The position numbers and the translations under genes are program-made. The notes under the pieces were generated by a model. That model was not told the origin of the DNA. It did not search any database and saw only the letters and a list, made by a program, of their open reading frames with translations. A stretch of DNA of 64,000 nucleotides from a virus. Location of the stretch: positions 1 through 64,000 of the IMG/VR virus record IMGVR_UViG_3300014613_004232, one strand, 5' to 3'. Below, in pieces: positions 1-8,638 of this stretch (its first letter is position 1; each line of letters opens with the position of its first letter).

Positions 1-1299
1 ATGGCGGTTCACAGCGAGAAGATCACCGACAGGGTAGCAAAGGCCCTGCCCCAGCCGGCCAAGGGCTACACAATTTTCTGGTGCCCACGCACCGACGGGT
101 TCGGGGTCCGAGTGACCGCCAACGGCGCGCGGGCCTGGGTCGCCGAGCGCCGCGTCGACGGCGAGACGGTGCGCCGAACCCTTGGCAAGGTCACCGGCGC
201 CGCGGCCATCACGGCCGACGCCGCCCGACGCCTGCAGATCGACATCAGCAGCGAACTCCAGAACGGCAGGGACCGCCTCGACGAGCGCCGGGAGAAAGCC
301 GCCGAGGACAAGGCCGACGCCTTGACGGTCGCCGAGGGCCTGCGCCTCTACGCCAAGAACAAGAAGCGCCGCCACGGCAAGGAGTACATCCCGATCAAGG
401 ACCGGACCCGAGCCGACTACCTCAAGATGATCGCCCCGCCGGGAGTGACCAAGGGCGGCAAGGAGACCAAGGGAGGCGAGCTCTACTCGATCGCCGAGCG
501 GCCGATGCACCGGCTGACTGCGCCCGAACTGCTGGCCCTCCACAAGGCGCTGGCCGCACGTGGCGAGCGCCGCCAGGCCTACGCCATGCAGGTGCTGCGC
601 GCCGTGCTGCGCTTCCATGGCATCCAGATCCCCGACAACCCTCTGGCGCCGACCACGGCCGGAGCGAAGCGGATCCACATCGCACCCAGCCAGGGCGACC
701 CCACGCCGATCCCGGCGAAACGCTTGGGCGTCTGGTGGGCCGCTGCCCTTGCGCAGAAGGGCGACGCCGCGGAGCAGTTGCGCTGCATGCTGATGGCCGG
801 CGCCCGCCCGGGTGAGCTACCTCAACTGCTGGCGCGCGACGTCGACATGGACGACGGGTGCTTCACCTTGCGCGACACAAAGAACCGGGGCGACCATACC
901 ATCATGATGTCGAAGCAGGTCCGCGCCATCTTTGAGAAGCGGATGGACGCCAAGAAGCCCACTGACCTCGTCTTCCCCATCCAGGACCTGAGGGTGGTGC
1001 TTCGCAAGGTGAACGCGATTGCAGAGACGCCCCAGATCACCCCGCACTGCCTGCGCCACACCTTCGCCACCGTGGCCGAGTCGCTGGTGAGCAACTACGT
1101 GCTTAAGCGCATGCTCAACCACGTGACCAGCGGCGACGTCACGGGCGAGCACTACGTGCTGATCGACGAGGAGCGCATGCGCGCCGGGTGGCAGGCCGTC
1201 GCGGACTTCTTGGACGCGCAGGCATCGGGTGCCGCGTTGCCAGATCACCACGGCCTGCAGCGCGGCTCTTCACCAACCAGTTCCCCTGAGTTCCCCTGA
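1..1299 (+). CDS. int: Tyrosine recombinase/phage integrase with N-terminal arm-DNA-binding domain
   Basis: N-terminal GFGVRVTANGARAW...RRTLG arm-binding pattern; catalytic motifs GARPGEL, DTKN, HCLRHTFAT, MLNH, VTGEHY. Confidence 0.93.
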   Translation: MAVHSEKITDRVAKALPQPAKGYTIFWCPRTDGFGVRVTANGARAWVAERRVDGETVRRTLGKVTGAAAITADAARRLQIDISSELQNGRDRLDERREKAAEDKADALTVAEGLRLYAKNKKRRHGKEYIPIKDRTRADYLKMIAPPGVTKGGKETKGGELYSIAERPMHRLTAPELLALHKALAARGERRQAYAMQVLRAVLRFHGIQIPDNPLAPTTAGAKRIHIAPSQGDPTPIPAKRLGVWWAAALAQKGDAAEQLRCMLMAGARPGELPQLLARDVDMDDGCFTLRDTKNRGDHTIMMSKQVRAIFEKRMDAKKPTDLVFPIQDLRVVLRKVNAIAETPQITPHCLRHTFATVAESLVSNYVLKRMLNHVTSGDVTGEHYVLIDEERMRAGWQAVADFLDAQASGAALPDHHGLQRGSSPTSSPEFP

Positions 1300-1306
1300 G
1301 TTCCCC
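1279..1306. repeat. Tandem 10-bp direct repeat (AGTTCCCCTG x ~2.8) over the integrase stop
   Basis: agttcccctg agttcccctg agttcccc read directly. Confidence 0.85.
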
Positions 1307-1394
1307 CACGGTAACGAAGCGCCGCTCGAACTTTGTCGCACGCACGCAACAACGGAAAAGGCGGAATAATCACGTCAAGCCGGACCACAAACAA

Positions 1395-1424
1395 CAAAGC
1401 CGACCCCTAGGAAGGTCGGCTTTG
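1395..1424. terminator. 11-bp stem hairpin, possible intrinsic terminator (T-rich tail on minus strand)
   Basis: CAAAGCCGACC (1395-1405) / GGTCGGCTTTG (1414-1424). Confidence 0.6.
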
Positions 1425-1532
1425 AGGCCCGGTGAAGCACCAGGATCCCACTACTTTCGAGGACGTGGTGAGCGGATGATAACGCTCGCGGGGACACTGG
1501 CCGAGAAACCTCTGTCATGAAAGGACTCCACC

Positions 1533-1601
1533 GTGAGCACTTCGACCGAAGACAAGATCGTCCATGTGCGCGAGCACTGGCGTCGCCTCCCCCGTCGGTA
1601 A
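1533..1601 (+). CDS. Micro-ORF, 22 aa basic peptide MSTSTEDKIVHVREHWRRLPRR
   Basis: AAAGGA SD before GTG at 1533; TAA at 1599-1601, followed directly by a terminator. Confidence 0.55.
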   Translation: MSTSTEDKIVHVREHWRRLPRR

Positions 1602-1608
1602 CCGACTG

Positions 1609-1637
1609 AACGCCTCGGCCCCGGCCGGGGCGTTTTT
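1609..1637 (+). terminator. Rho-independent terminator
   Basis: AACGCCTCGGCC-CC-GGCCGGGGCGTT followed by further Ts; lies between convergent genes. Confidence 0.75.
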
Positions 1638-2200
1638 CATTGCTCGACCTGTTCGCTGGATCCGGTGGCTTCATCCTCGAAGCCTGCGATGCACAGCGGC
1701 CCCACCACACCCTTGATGTAGCGCTGCAGGCCGGTCACCTGGACTGCGAGTCGGTCAGCGACTGCTGCCACCTCTGCGCGTCGCTCGCTGCACTCGCTGA
1801 GTGCTCCGGCGGCGGCGGCGGCTCCATGAGCCAGCGATCCGGGGCCGGCGCCCGCGGCCTCTCGGGCTGCACGGTCACGAAACTCGGCGATGGTGCGCTG
1901 CAAGCTGCCAGTGTGAGCGCGAGACAAGGCAGCAGTGCGCGCCATGTCATCACGAAGGTTCGAGAGTTCAACTTGTGCCTCCAGGGCCTGCAAGGCCGCC
2001 TTGGTTGCTTCCTGCTGGCCAGCGAGATTCGCCGATGCCAGCGCCTTGTCATGGGCGACCTGCCACCTGGAGCGCTCAGCCTCCACAGCCGCATCGATCA
2101 CCGACCGCGCGTGCCTCTGGTGCAACCAGGCACCTCCGGCGACAGCGGCCACGAACGCGCCGACGGAAAAGAGGATGACCAGTGCGCGGTCCCCGATCAT
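1637..2200 (-). CDS. i-spanin (Rz-like)
   Basis: N-terminal TM helix then Ala-rich coiled coil; follows endolysin with TGATG overlap; contains an embedded lipoprotein ORF. Confidence 0.8.
   Translation of the reverse strand: MIGDRALVILFSVGAFVAAVAGGAWLHQRHARSVIDAAVEAERSRWQVAHDKALASANLAGQQEATKAALQALEAQVELSNLRDDMARTAALSRAHTGSLQRTIAEFRDRAAREAAGAGPGSLAHGAAAAAGALSECSERRAEVAAVADRLAVQVTGLQRYIKGVVGPLCIAGFEDEATGSSEQVEQ
1735..1950 (-). CDS. o-spanin (Rz1-like lipoprotein) embedded in Rz
   Basis: MTWRALLPCLALTLAAC lipobox and Pro-rich mature part, in an alternative frame inside Rz. Confidence 0.75.
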   Translation of the reverse strand: MTWRALLPCLALTLAACSAPSPSFVTVQPERPRAPAPDRWLMEPPPPPEHSASAASDAQRWQQSLTDSQSR

Positions 2201-2718
2201 CAGCCACCCCCGAGAACGCGGGCAATGGCCGATGCCACGACCCACTTCCTGGCCTGGTAGGAAGCCAGGTCAGAAGGGTTCGAGATGAAGAACACCTCGA
2301 CGACCATCCCGCCCAGGCCGACGAACCCGAGTTTCCCCCTGGCTGTCTTCGACTGGTCAATCCACCCGCCCTCACCTCGCAGGCGCAAGCCCAACGCCTC
2401 GGAGATGGCCTTGGCCAGGCGCTGGGCGCGGGCCTTGTCCGAAGGCTTGGAGACCACCTCGACGCCGGTCGCGGCAGGGTTGTCGTTCGAGTTGGTGTGG
2501 AGCTCCACTGCCCAAGCTGCGCCCGGCACCAGGGTCAGGGCGTGCACCAAGGGCAGGTTCTGCCAGCGGGCCCCATCCGTTCGGACGTTGTGGCCGGCCT
2601 CGGTCAACTTGATGGCAACCAGGTCCCGCAGTTCGGTCATCAGGTCGCGCTCCACCGCGCCGTTGCGGCAGGCCCCAGGATCTGAATCGCCGTGCCCGGC
2701 CGTGACAGTGATCTTCAT
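2200..2718 (-). CDS. Endolysin, N-acetylmuramoyl-L-alanine amidase (Amidase_3)
   Basis: TAGHG...E...ELHTNS...VEVFFISN zinc-amidase motifs. Confidence 0.9.
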   Translation of the reverse strand: MKITVTAGHGDSDPGACRNGAVERDLMTELRDLVAIKLTEAGHNVRTDGARWQNLPLVHALTLVPGAAWAVELHTNSNDNPAATGVEVVSKPSDKARAQRLAKAISEALGLRLRGEGGWIDQSKTARGKLGFVGLGGMVVEVFFISNPSDLASYQARKWVVASAIARVLGGG

Positions 2719-2921
2719 CGTCTGGATCTCGTCTTCGAAAGGTGTGGAACCACCAGGCGGCACCGATCGAGCGTGTCCAGACCCGCGTCGCGCACCATGC
2801 GCTCGGCGACGAAACTGGTCTCGATCACGGTGTGCCTGATCTCCTCAAGCGAGCGGTTGGGGTCCGAAAGGAGTCGCCTCTCGCGGACCCGGAGCTCGCC
2901 CTCGGACTCAAGCGTGGCCAT
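2715..2921 (-). CDS. Hypothetical protein (68 aa) in lysis cassette
   Basis: Fills the gap between two genes; ATGA overlap with the amidase. Confidence 0.55.
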   Translation of the reverse strand: MATLESEGELRVRERRLLSDPNRSLEEIRHTVIETSFVAERMVRDAGLDTLDRCRLVVPHLSKTRSRR

Positions 2922-2926
2922 GGCGC

Positions 2927-3859
2927 CTACTTCAACCTGTTGAACTTGAAGCCGAAGGACCCCGACGGCCGCCAACCGGCGTAACCCTTGCGCGTCTCGC
3001 TGATGTAGGAGATGAACGGCAGCGAAACCGTGAAGCCGAGGACCTGCACATCCGTGAGACACCAAAGCCATCCACCGTCAGGCCGGTGAAACGCGGGCGC
3101 CCACGGGCCGCGCACCACACGCTGTTTGTCGGCCACCCCCAGGACGTACCACGTGAGGTTGTGACACGGGTTGCGGAACCACCAGGCGACAGCGCGCCAC
3201 CAGCGCCACTCGCTTGACCTGCGCAGAAGCGTGTAGACCAGGCGCGGCCCCTTCCATGTGAAGTGCACACCACTGGGGATCCAGACCTGTGGAAAGGGAG
3301 CCCACAGGCAGGTGAGTTTTGGGACGTTGCAGGAGCTCGGGCGGCCGAAAAGGTTGAAGGTCACGCGCTTCCAGGTCAACTGGACGTTCGAGGGGACCAG
3401 CCACTCAGGTGGAGACCAACGCGGGTCACCCCACACGCCGTCCTCTTCGTTGTCGATCAGCAGCCAGAAGGGGTTCAAGGCCTTGAGCCACTTGCGGGCG
3501 ATCTTGCGCCGGGGCGACTGGAAGGACTGCAGCAATGCGGCTTGGCGCGCGTTGGGCTCCCACCAGTGTTCTCCGTCGATGATCCCTCGCAACTGGCGTC
3601 CGTATCGCAGCGTGACGAAGGCGACCAGCAGGCCCAGGGCCTGGGCAGAGACGGAGTCGGGACCGCCCGAGCTCCAGGGCGTCATGGCGAACCAGGCGCC
3701 CCAGATGGCGAGTCCTCGCAGCAACCACTTGGTGAGCCGGGACGAGGCCTGATCCGTGCCAAAGGCCAGCAGGATGTAGCCGCCAACGAGGATGGACAAG
3801 CCGATCAAGGTCTGGATCCAACCGAGAAGGCCGATGTCGGCCTGGAAGTGCACGATCAT
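2927..3859 (-). CDS. Membrane protein: 3-TM N-terminus plus Trp-rich phage domain (WWFRNP motif)
   Basis: Hydrophobic N-terminal helices; C-terminal WWFRNPCHNL...GW motif typical of phage lysis-region proteins. Confidence 0.6.
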   Translation of the reverse strand: MIVHFQADIGLLGWIQTLIGLSILVGGYILLAFGTDQASSRLTKWLLRGLAIWGAWFAMTPWSSGGPDSVSAQALGLLVAFVTLRYGRQLRGIIDGEHWWEPNARQAALLQSFQSPRRKIARKWLKALNPFWLLIDNEEDGVWGDPRWSPPEWLVPSNVQLTWKRVTFNLFGRPSSCNVPKLTCLWAPFPQVWIPSGVHFTWKGPRLVYTLLRRSSEWRWWRAVAWWFRNPCHNLTWYVLGVADKQRVVRGPWAPAFHRPDGGWLWCLTDVQVLGFTVSLPFISYISETRKGYAGWRPSGSFGFKFNRLK

Positions 3860-3860
3860 C

Positions 3861-4274
3861 TCAGTCCCCCTTCTTGGTTGCTTCGGGAAGCCAGCGGCCA
3901 AGCAGGGCCTTCAGCATCGGCTCGAAGTACCGCTGCCCGTACATGGCGATGGCCAGGGCGGCCACCGGGTCTGCTGCGGAGGCCGGGATGCTGGGGTCGG
4001 CACTCACCGCCTTGAGCAGTGGGCCGAACACGACGTAGCCGAAAATGCGCGCCCCGAAGAGGCCCAGGGCCAGCGAGGCGGCCAGGGTGGTCAGACCTTC
4101 GAGAAAACTGGCGAAACTCCAACTGCGCCGCTCGGCGTTGTTGACTGCGATCAGTGCCCCCAACAACGCCATGAGAGCAACGGTGACGGGGACACCGGCG
4201 CCTGTCGCGAGGACGTAGAGCGCGCCGAGGACGACGCCGACCCAAGTGTGGTCGGGATGGAACTGATCTGGCAT
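3861..4274 (-). CDS. Putative holin
   Basis: Small multi-TM protein with basic C-terminus, first gene of the lysis operon. Confidence 0.65.
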   Translation of the reverse strand: MPDQFHPDHTWVGVVLGALYVLATGAGVPVTVALMALLGALIAVNNAERRSWSFASFLEGLTTLAASLALGLFGARIFGYVVFGPLLKAVSADPSIPASAADPVAALAIAMYGQRYFEPMLKALLGRWLPEATKKGD

Positions 4275-4302
4275 TCGTGGACCTCGTAGGAAAAGTGGGC
4301 GA

Positions 4303-4343
4303 AGTGTTTCGCCCTCACCAACGGGTCAGATCGCAGATTTTCC
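4303..4343 (-). promoter_or_regulatory. Late-promoter motif (lysis operon)
   Basis: Minus strand GGAAAA-N29-AACACT. Confidence 0.75.
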
Positions 4344-4381
4344 AAAACGGCGTATCAACACAAAACTCCCCAGCCCGAACA

Positions 4382-7300
4382 TCACCCTGGCTGATCAGTC
4401 CAGGTGTCGAACCCGAACGTCTCCGTCGAGCCTGGATTGAGGTTGAACCCCGGATATCCGCCCGTGAGCGGCGTAGCGTCAGTCCATGTCTGAACCATGG
4501 AATCGTTGAGCCACACCTCCAACACACCACCCCCAACAGACCTCAGCTGCAACTCGACCTGATCGTCTTTGACGAGGGAATGCGGCGTAGTGGAAACTGA
4601 CGTGCCAGACTTGTAGAGTGCGATCTGGGTAGGGCCCATGCGAACGCTGTAGTTCGTCGGGTTGCCCGAATCCCCGCCGCCGCAGTGCACCGCGGGCCCA
4701 CCTTCCCAGCCAGTCGTGATGGCCGGGTCCGGGATGGTGAAGGTGACCTTGGACTGCTGCACATTGCCCTGCCCATTGGCATACCAAACGAGCCCGCTGT
4801 TGTTCTTCGCGATGTAAGAGCCCACCAGCCGTCCGCTGCCGTTGCAGAAGTAATACTCGTTGGCCGGGTAGTAGCCGAATGTCACCTGTCCCTGCCAGCG
4901 GGTTGCATCAAGAGACTTCAGCGTCGTGTTGAGCGCCGCAGAGAAGTTCCAGACGCCATAGCCATCCGGATCGAACTGAGCCGGCACGATGAGAATGCCT
5001 ATCGATGTCGCCAAACCGGTTTCGCCAGACTTGGTGGCTGAAACATCGCACTCGTACTGCGAGCCCTCGTCACCAGGCTGCGGCGTCACCGTGTTGGTTG
5101 TTTCGCCGGAGATGGCACTGCGAGTACCACCGCTGACCCTGAACCACTGGTAACCGTAGGACGTTGGACTGTTCGTCCAATCGCCAGTCGAAACGATGAG
5201 CGGATAGCCCGGTTGACCACTACCTGAGATCGCCGGCAGAGTCGTGCAGATCGGTGTGGTCGACGTGACCACCTGGAACAGGGGCGACAAGGCCTCTGCC
5301 GAGGTGCCGCTCTCGTTGACGCCGCGCACGCCCACCCTCACGAATTGACCCGCCCGGCCGGTGGTGACGAAGGTCTGTCCTGTGGCACCAGCGATCAGCG
5401 TCCCGCTTCCGTCGTACCAACGGAACAGGTGGTTGCTCGGGAGCGGAGAGAAGAGATACCCACCCGCTGTGACGGTGTTGCCCTCCACATTGCTACCCGT
5501 GATCGTCGGGGACGAGATCACCGAAGGCACTGGCACGACGTCGAACGGATAGAGAACGGACCTGCGCGAGGGAATCAGGTTGCGCGCGATGGCGTCAGGG
5601 TGCACGTAGGCAGTGAGGCCAAAGAACGGGCTGCTCAACAGGAGGTCGATGTCACCGGCGGCAAGGTTGACGAATCCGGGGGAGTCCGTCGCCTCGGACA
5701 GCCCATTGAGTCCAACGCCGGTGTACTGCACACCTCGGGCGATGTTCGAGGCGTAGTTGGTGTCATAAGCGGTCAGCACAAACCTGTTGCACCAGTTCGA
5801 CTGCCAATCCGCCAGGCCCTGCCAAGAGAAGAGACCGAACGGCGCGAGCTTGCCGGCGGGCGTCGCAGTCTTCGTGTAAAACAGGTTGTTGCGCGCATGC
5901 ACCGTGATCGGCGAGCGCGTGTTCCACATACTGAACAGAGGGACGCGATACGGGTCGTAGTAGACGCCCGTGTATCCAGACTGACCGTCCATCTCGGCCA
6001 GGACGATGTTGCTGTAGAAGTAAAGGTTTCCGCTGCGCAGTTCACCGTTTCCTCCGTCGCCAACGCCAATGACCGCCTGGGGCGTCCCCTTGACCAAGAA
6101 GGTGTTCCCGTAGCAGAAGATCTTCTGGACCATGAGGGTCCCAAGCGAATCAACGGCCTGGGACTCCAGGATCCCGTTTTGGGCGGAGTCTTCGTTGGAA
6201 GGGTCTCGGAAGGCAACAGCGTTCGCGGTCGCCGTGATGCAGTTGTACCGGTAGACCACCCCGGAGGAGCGCTCCTTGACGGCATCACCGTTCGAGCCGG
6301 GGTAGTTGGCCCCGATCACATTGAACTCGACGATCGTGCCGATCGCTTCGAGGTACATGCCGTGAGTGGAGTAACTGCCCTCGGAACTGCAGTTGTAGAT
6401 CCAGTTGTTGCAGACGTGGATCCGGTGCGACTGGAAGCGGTCGTGGTTCGTCGAGTTGACGAACACGCCCAGGCCGCAAGTGTGGATCTTGTTGCCCTGA
6501 ATGCAGATGTTGTGGCCACCGAGAACATAGAAGCCCTCGGAGAACTCACCCCAAGCCGTGGCGATCGTGGCGCCTCGCGGGAGCCTGTCCTTGGTCGGGT
6601 GGGCGTTCTTCAACTCCAACCCAGTGACGTGAATGAATCGGGCCTTCGTGCCGTAGGCAGTGCCATCCACGCCCGCAGTGAACGGGCCAATCGACACAAG
6701 CGCGCTGCCATCAAGGAGGGGATAGTGTCGCCCGTCGGCGCAGATTGCGTCAGCACCGTCGAAGACGGGCATGGCCCCTGTGACTGGATCGCGCACGCCG
6801 ATCACTTCAATCCAGGCATCTTCGGTGCCGCAGGCGGTCAGGACGATGGTTCGGTTGTACGCGGTCGGCCGGCTGTAGATGTAGACGCGATCGCCTGGCA
6901 GAAGGAACTCCCAAGGCACTTGGTCCACGTCGGTGTATGGCTTGCCGGGACCCACCTCGAAGTCGTAGGCGTTGCTCGGGCGCCCCTGTTGGTTTGGCAG
7001 CCGAAGGGTGTAGTCCCAGGGCGTGTAGTTAACAGCGTCCTGAACGAAAGTGCGGTCCGGAAGAGGGCGGCTAGGTAAGGGGTTGGGGGCTGGCCGATCA
7101 ATCACCGGCTGGGCCCGGTAGGACGCAAAGAAGGCTTGCATCTCTGCCGTCGTAGGAGGCGGCGGCGCAACGCTGACCCTCAGCAGACCCGTGAAGGGTG
7201 TTGTTCCATCGGTCGCGGTGTAAGTGATGTCAGGACTGACACCGCTCACGCTGGAGCTCAATGGGACGAGAGAGTAGGCGCCATTGGCGGCGATGGTGAG

Positions 7301-8029
7301 CTCACCAAAACTGGGGATGCTGACGCTGGAGCCAGGGGCATGGACTCCGCCGACGCCGGCCACTGCGAACGCCGTCACAGTCAGAGTTTGGCCTTCGTAG
7401 TCGAGATCGTTGACCAGGACATTTCCAACGGCCGTCTCGCCAGCACTGACCGACTTGTAGTCAGGGCGAGCGATAGGCGTTTGGTCCGTCCCATCGATCC
7501 GGATCTGAAAGTTCTGAGTCGTGCGCCCGCCGGCCTCGTCCATGACCGTGTAGCCGAAGGCGACGTTGACCTGCTGGCCAGCGGTGAGTGCGCGGGCGGC
7601 GTCATTCGGCGTGAAGACGTAGGCGCCATCAGCGCCAACGACCATGGTGCCGTAGGTTGTCGTGAAGGCGGTACCGAGGGTGCGCGGCACGCTGTTGTAG
7701 GAGATGCCCACCAAGGACATCGGCCCACCCTCCGGATCGACGGCGTTGTCGAGCAGGTTGCCAGCGATCGAGATGGCGGTGTCGGAGATTGCGCGAAGCG
7801 CGGCCTGCACCACCGGCAACTGGTTGATGGATGCCAGGGCGGCCTGGTGCGCGAGGACCATGTCCACGACCGCTTTGCCGCCGATCCACTCTGGGACGCC
7901 GGTCGTCTGGTTCTTGATCCACAACTTGTCGTTGGCGAACGTGTAACCCTGCTCACTGAGCTCAAGGTCGGCAGCGTCTGGTATGAGTTTCGTCGTGCTC
8001 CGACGTGTGCGAAGGCGCTCGATTGCCAT
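4382..8029 (-). CDS. Large fibre/tailspike: VCBS/cadherin-like Ig repeats, parallel beta-helix lyase-like domain, Ig-like repeats, C-terminal lectin-like domain
   Basis: GNLLDNAVDPEG and GNVLVNDLDYEG VCBS-type repeats; IEFNVI..N..GS.GDAVKERSSGVVYRYN beta-helix; PAISG...STGDW...YQW Ig repeats. Confidence 0.75.
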   Translation of the reverse strand: MAIERLRTRRSTTKLIPDAADLELSEQGYTFANDKLWIKNQTTGVPEWIGGKAVVDMVLAHQAALASINQLPVVQAALRAISDTAISIAGNLLDNAVDPEGGPMSLVGISYNSVPRTLGTAFTTTYGTMVVGADGAYVFTPNDAARALTAGQQVNVAFGYTVMDEAGGRTTQNFQIRIDGTDQTPIARPDYKSVSAGETAVGNVLVNDLDYEGQTLTVTAFAVAGVGGVHAPGSSVSIPSFGELTIAANGAYSLVPLSSSVSGVSPDITYTATDGTTPFTGLLRVSVAPPPPTTAEMQAFFASYRAQPVIDRPAPNPLPSRPLPDRTFVQDAVNYTPWDYTLRLPNQQGRPSNAYDFEVGPGKPYTDVDQVPWEFLLPGDRVYIYSRPTAYNRTIVLTACGTEDAWIEVIGVRDPVTGAMPVFDGADAICADGRHYPLLDGSALVSIGPFTAGVDGTAYGTKARFIHVTGLELKNAHPTKDRLPRGATIATAWGEFSEGFYVLGGHNICIQGNKIHTCGLGVFVNSTNHDRFQSHRIHVCNNWIYNCSSEGSYSTHGMYLEAIGTIVEFNVIGANYPGSNGDAVKERSSGVVYRYNCITATANAVAFRDPSNEDSAQNGILESQAVDSLGTLMVQKIFCYGNTFLVKGTPQAVIGVGDGGNGELRSGNLYFYSNIVLAEMDGQSGYTGVYYDPYRVPLFSMWNTRSPITVHARNNLFYTKTATPAGKLAPFGLFSWQGLADWQSNWCNRFVLTAYDTNYASNIARGVQYTGVGLNGLSEATDSPGFVNLAAGDIDLLLSSPFFGLTAYVHPDAIARNLIPSRRSVLYPFDVVPVPSVISSPTITGSNVEGNTVTAGGYLFSPLPSNHLFRWYDGSGTLIAGATGQTFVTTGRAGQFVRVGVRGVNESGTSAEALSPLFQVVTSTTPICTTLPAISGSGQPGYPLIVSTGDWTNSPTSYGYQWFRVSGGTRSAISGETTNTVTPQPGDEGSQYECDVSATKSGETGLATSIGILIVPAQFDPDGYGVWNFSAALNTTLKSLDATRWQGQVTFGYYPANEYYFCNGSGRLVGSYIAKNNSGLVWYANGQGNVQQSKVTFTIPDPAITTGWEGGPAVHCGGGDSGNPTNYSVRMGPTQIALYKSGTSVSTTPHSLVKDDQVELQLRSVGGGVLEVWLNDSMVQTWTDATPLTGGYPGFNLNPGSTETFGFDTWTDQPG

Positions 8030-8040
8030 TTGAACCTCGA

Positions 8041-8322
8041 TCAGAAGTCGCCGCCGTCGGACACGCCGGGCGCCGGCGCGGGGGACGGGGAAGGAGATGG
8101 GGAGGGAGAAGGTGCGGGGGACGGGCCCGGAGCGGGAGTGGGGGCCCGGTAGTCCTCTACGACGATGAGCGGGGTGGCTCGAACCATCCGCCCGTCCGTG
8201 TCAAAGAAGTCCGTCTTTGAGCCAGCCGCCGTCGACAGCGCGGTTCGGTCGGCAATGATCACCACTGGGATGCCCCGAATGGTTTGGCCGTCGTCGTCGA
8301 TGTACTCGATGATGCTGCTCAT
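8041..8322 (-). CDS. Small fibre adaptor: ~59-aa anchor domain, Pro/Ser linker, C-terminal DGGDF
   Basis: N-terminus is paralogous to that of the 42357-44807 tailspike; (PS/PA)n linker. Confidence 0.7.
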   Translation of the reverse strand: MSSIIEYIDDDGQTIRGIPVVIIADRTALSTAAGSKTDFFDTDGRMVRATPLIVVEDYRAPTPAPGPSPAPSPSPSPSPSPAPAPGVSDGGDF

Positions 8323-8348
8323 GACTTGATTGCAAGTTGTTGCGCCCA

Positions 8349-8389
8349 AGTCTCAAGCCCGCCATCCCCCCACCGCCGGTCGGTTTTCC
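8349..8389 (-). promoter_or_regulatory. Late-promoter motif
   Basis: GGAAAA-N29-GAGACT. Confidence 0.75.
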
Positions 8390-8401
8390 AGATCTTCCAG
8401 A

Positions 8402-8638
8402 TCACCGGCGCCGTGCCAAGATCTTCCCGAGTCCGGCCACGCTGCCGATGACCTTGTCGAATCGATCAAAGACTGCCCCCCTCGCTTGCTCCTTGAACTC
8501 CTGGTGTTTCAAGTAGTCCTTGAACGTCTCCGAAAGGAAGAATTCGTTGGCGTCCGACTCCCCCATCTGGCCTGCGAGGGGGGGCGCCGTGTTCGCGTAC
8601 AGGGCCAGCTTTGCCTTGATCTCAACGAGCGTGCGCAA
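8402..8638 (-). CDS. Hypothetical tail morphogenesis protein, possibly a frameshift extension of the upstream chaperone
   Basis: Coding-like frame overlapping the upstream stop; only a TTG start near the junction. Confidence 0.5.
   Translation of the reverse strand: MRTLVEIKAKLALYANTAPPLAGQMGESDANEFFLSETFKDYLKHQEFKEQARGAVFDRFDKVIGSVAGLGKILARRR

Noticed and set aside
1354-1394. Plus-strand CGGAAAA as another late promoter
   Set aside because: The hexamer 29 nt downstream (AAACAA) lacks the invariant final T
8029-8043. Stop read-through fusing the adaptor to the 1215-aa fibre
   Set aside because: The 11-nt gap puts the genes out of frame, and a GAGG SD precedes the second ATG
8065-8150. G-rich short-period repeats
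   Set aside because: They encode the Pro-Ser/Pro-Ala linker of the adaptor; not CRISPR or a regulatory array
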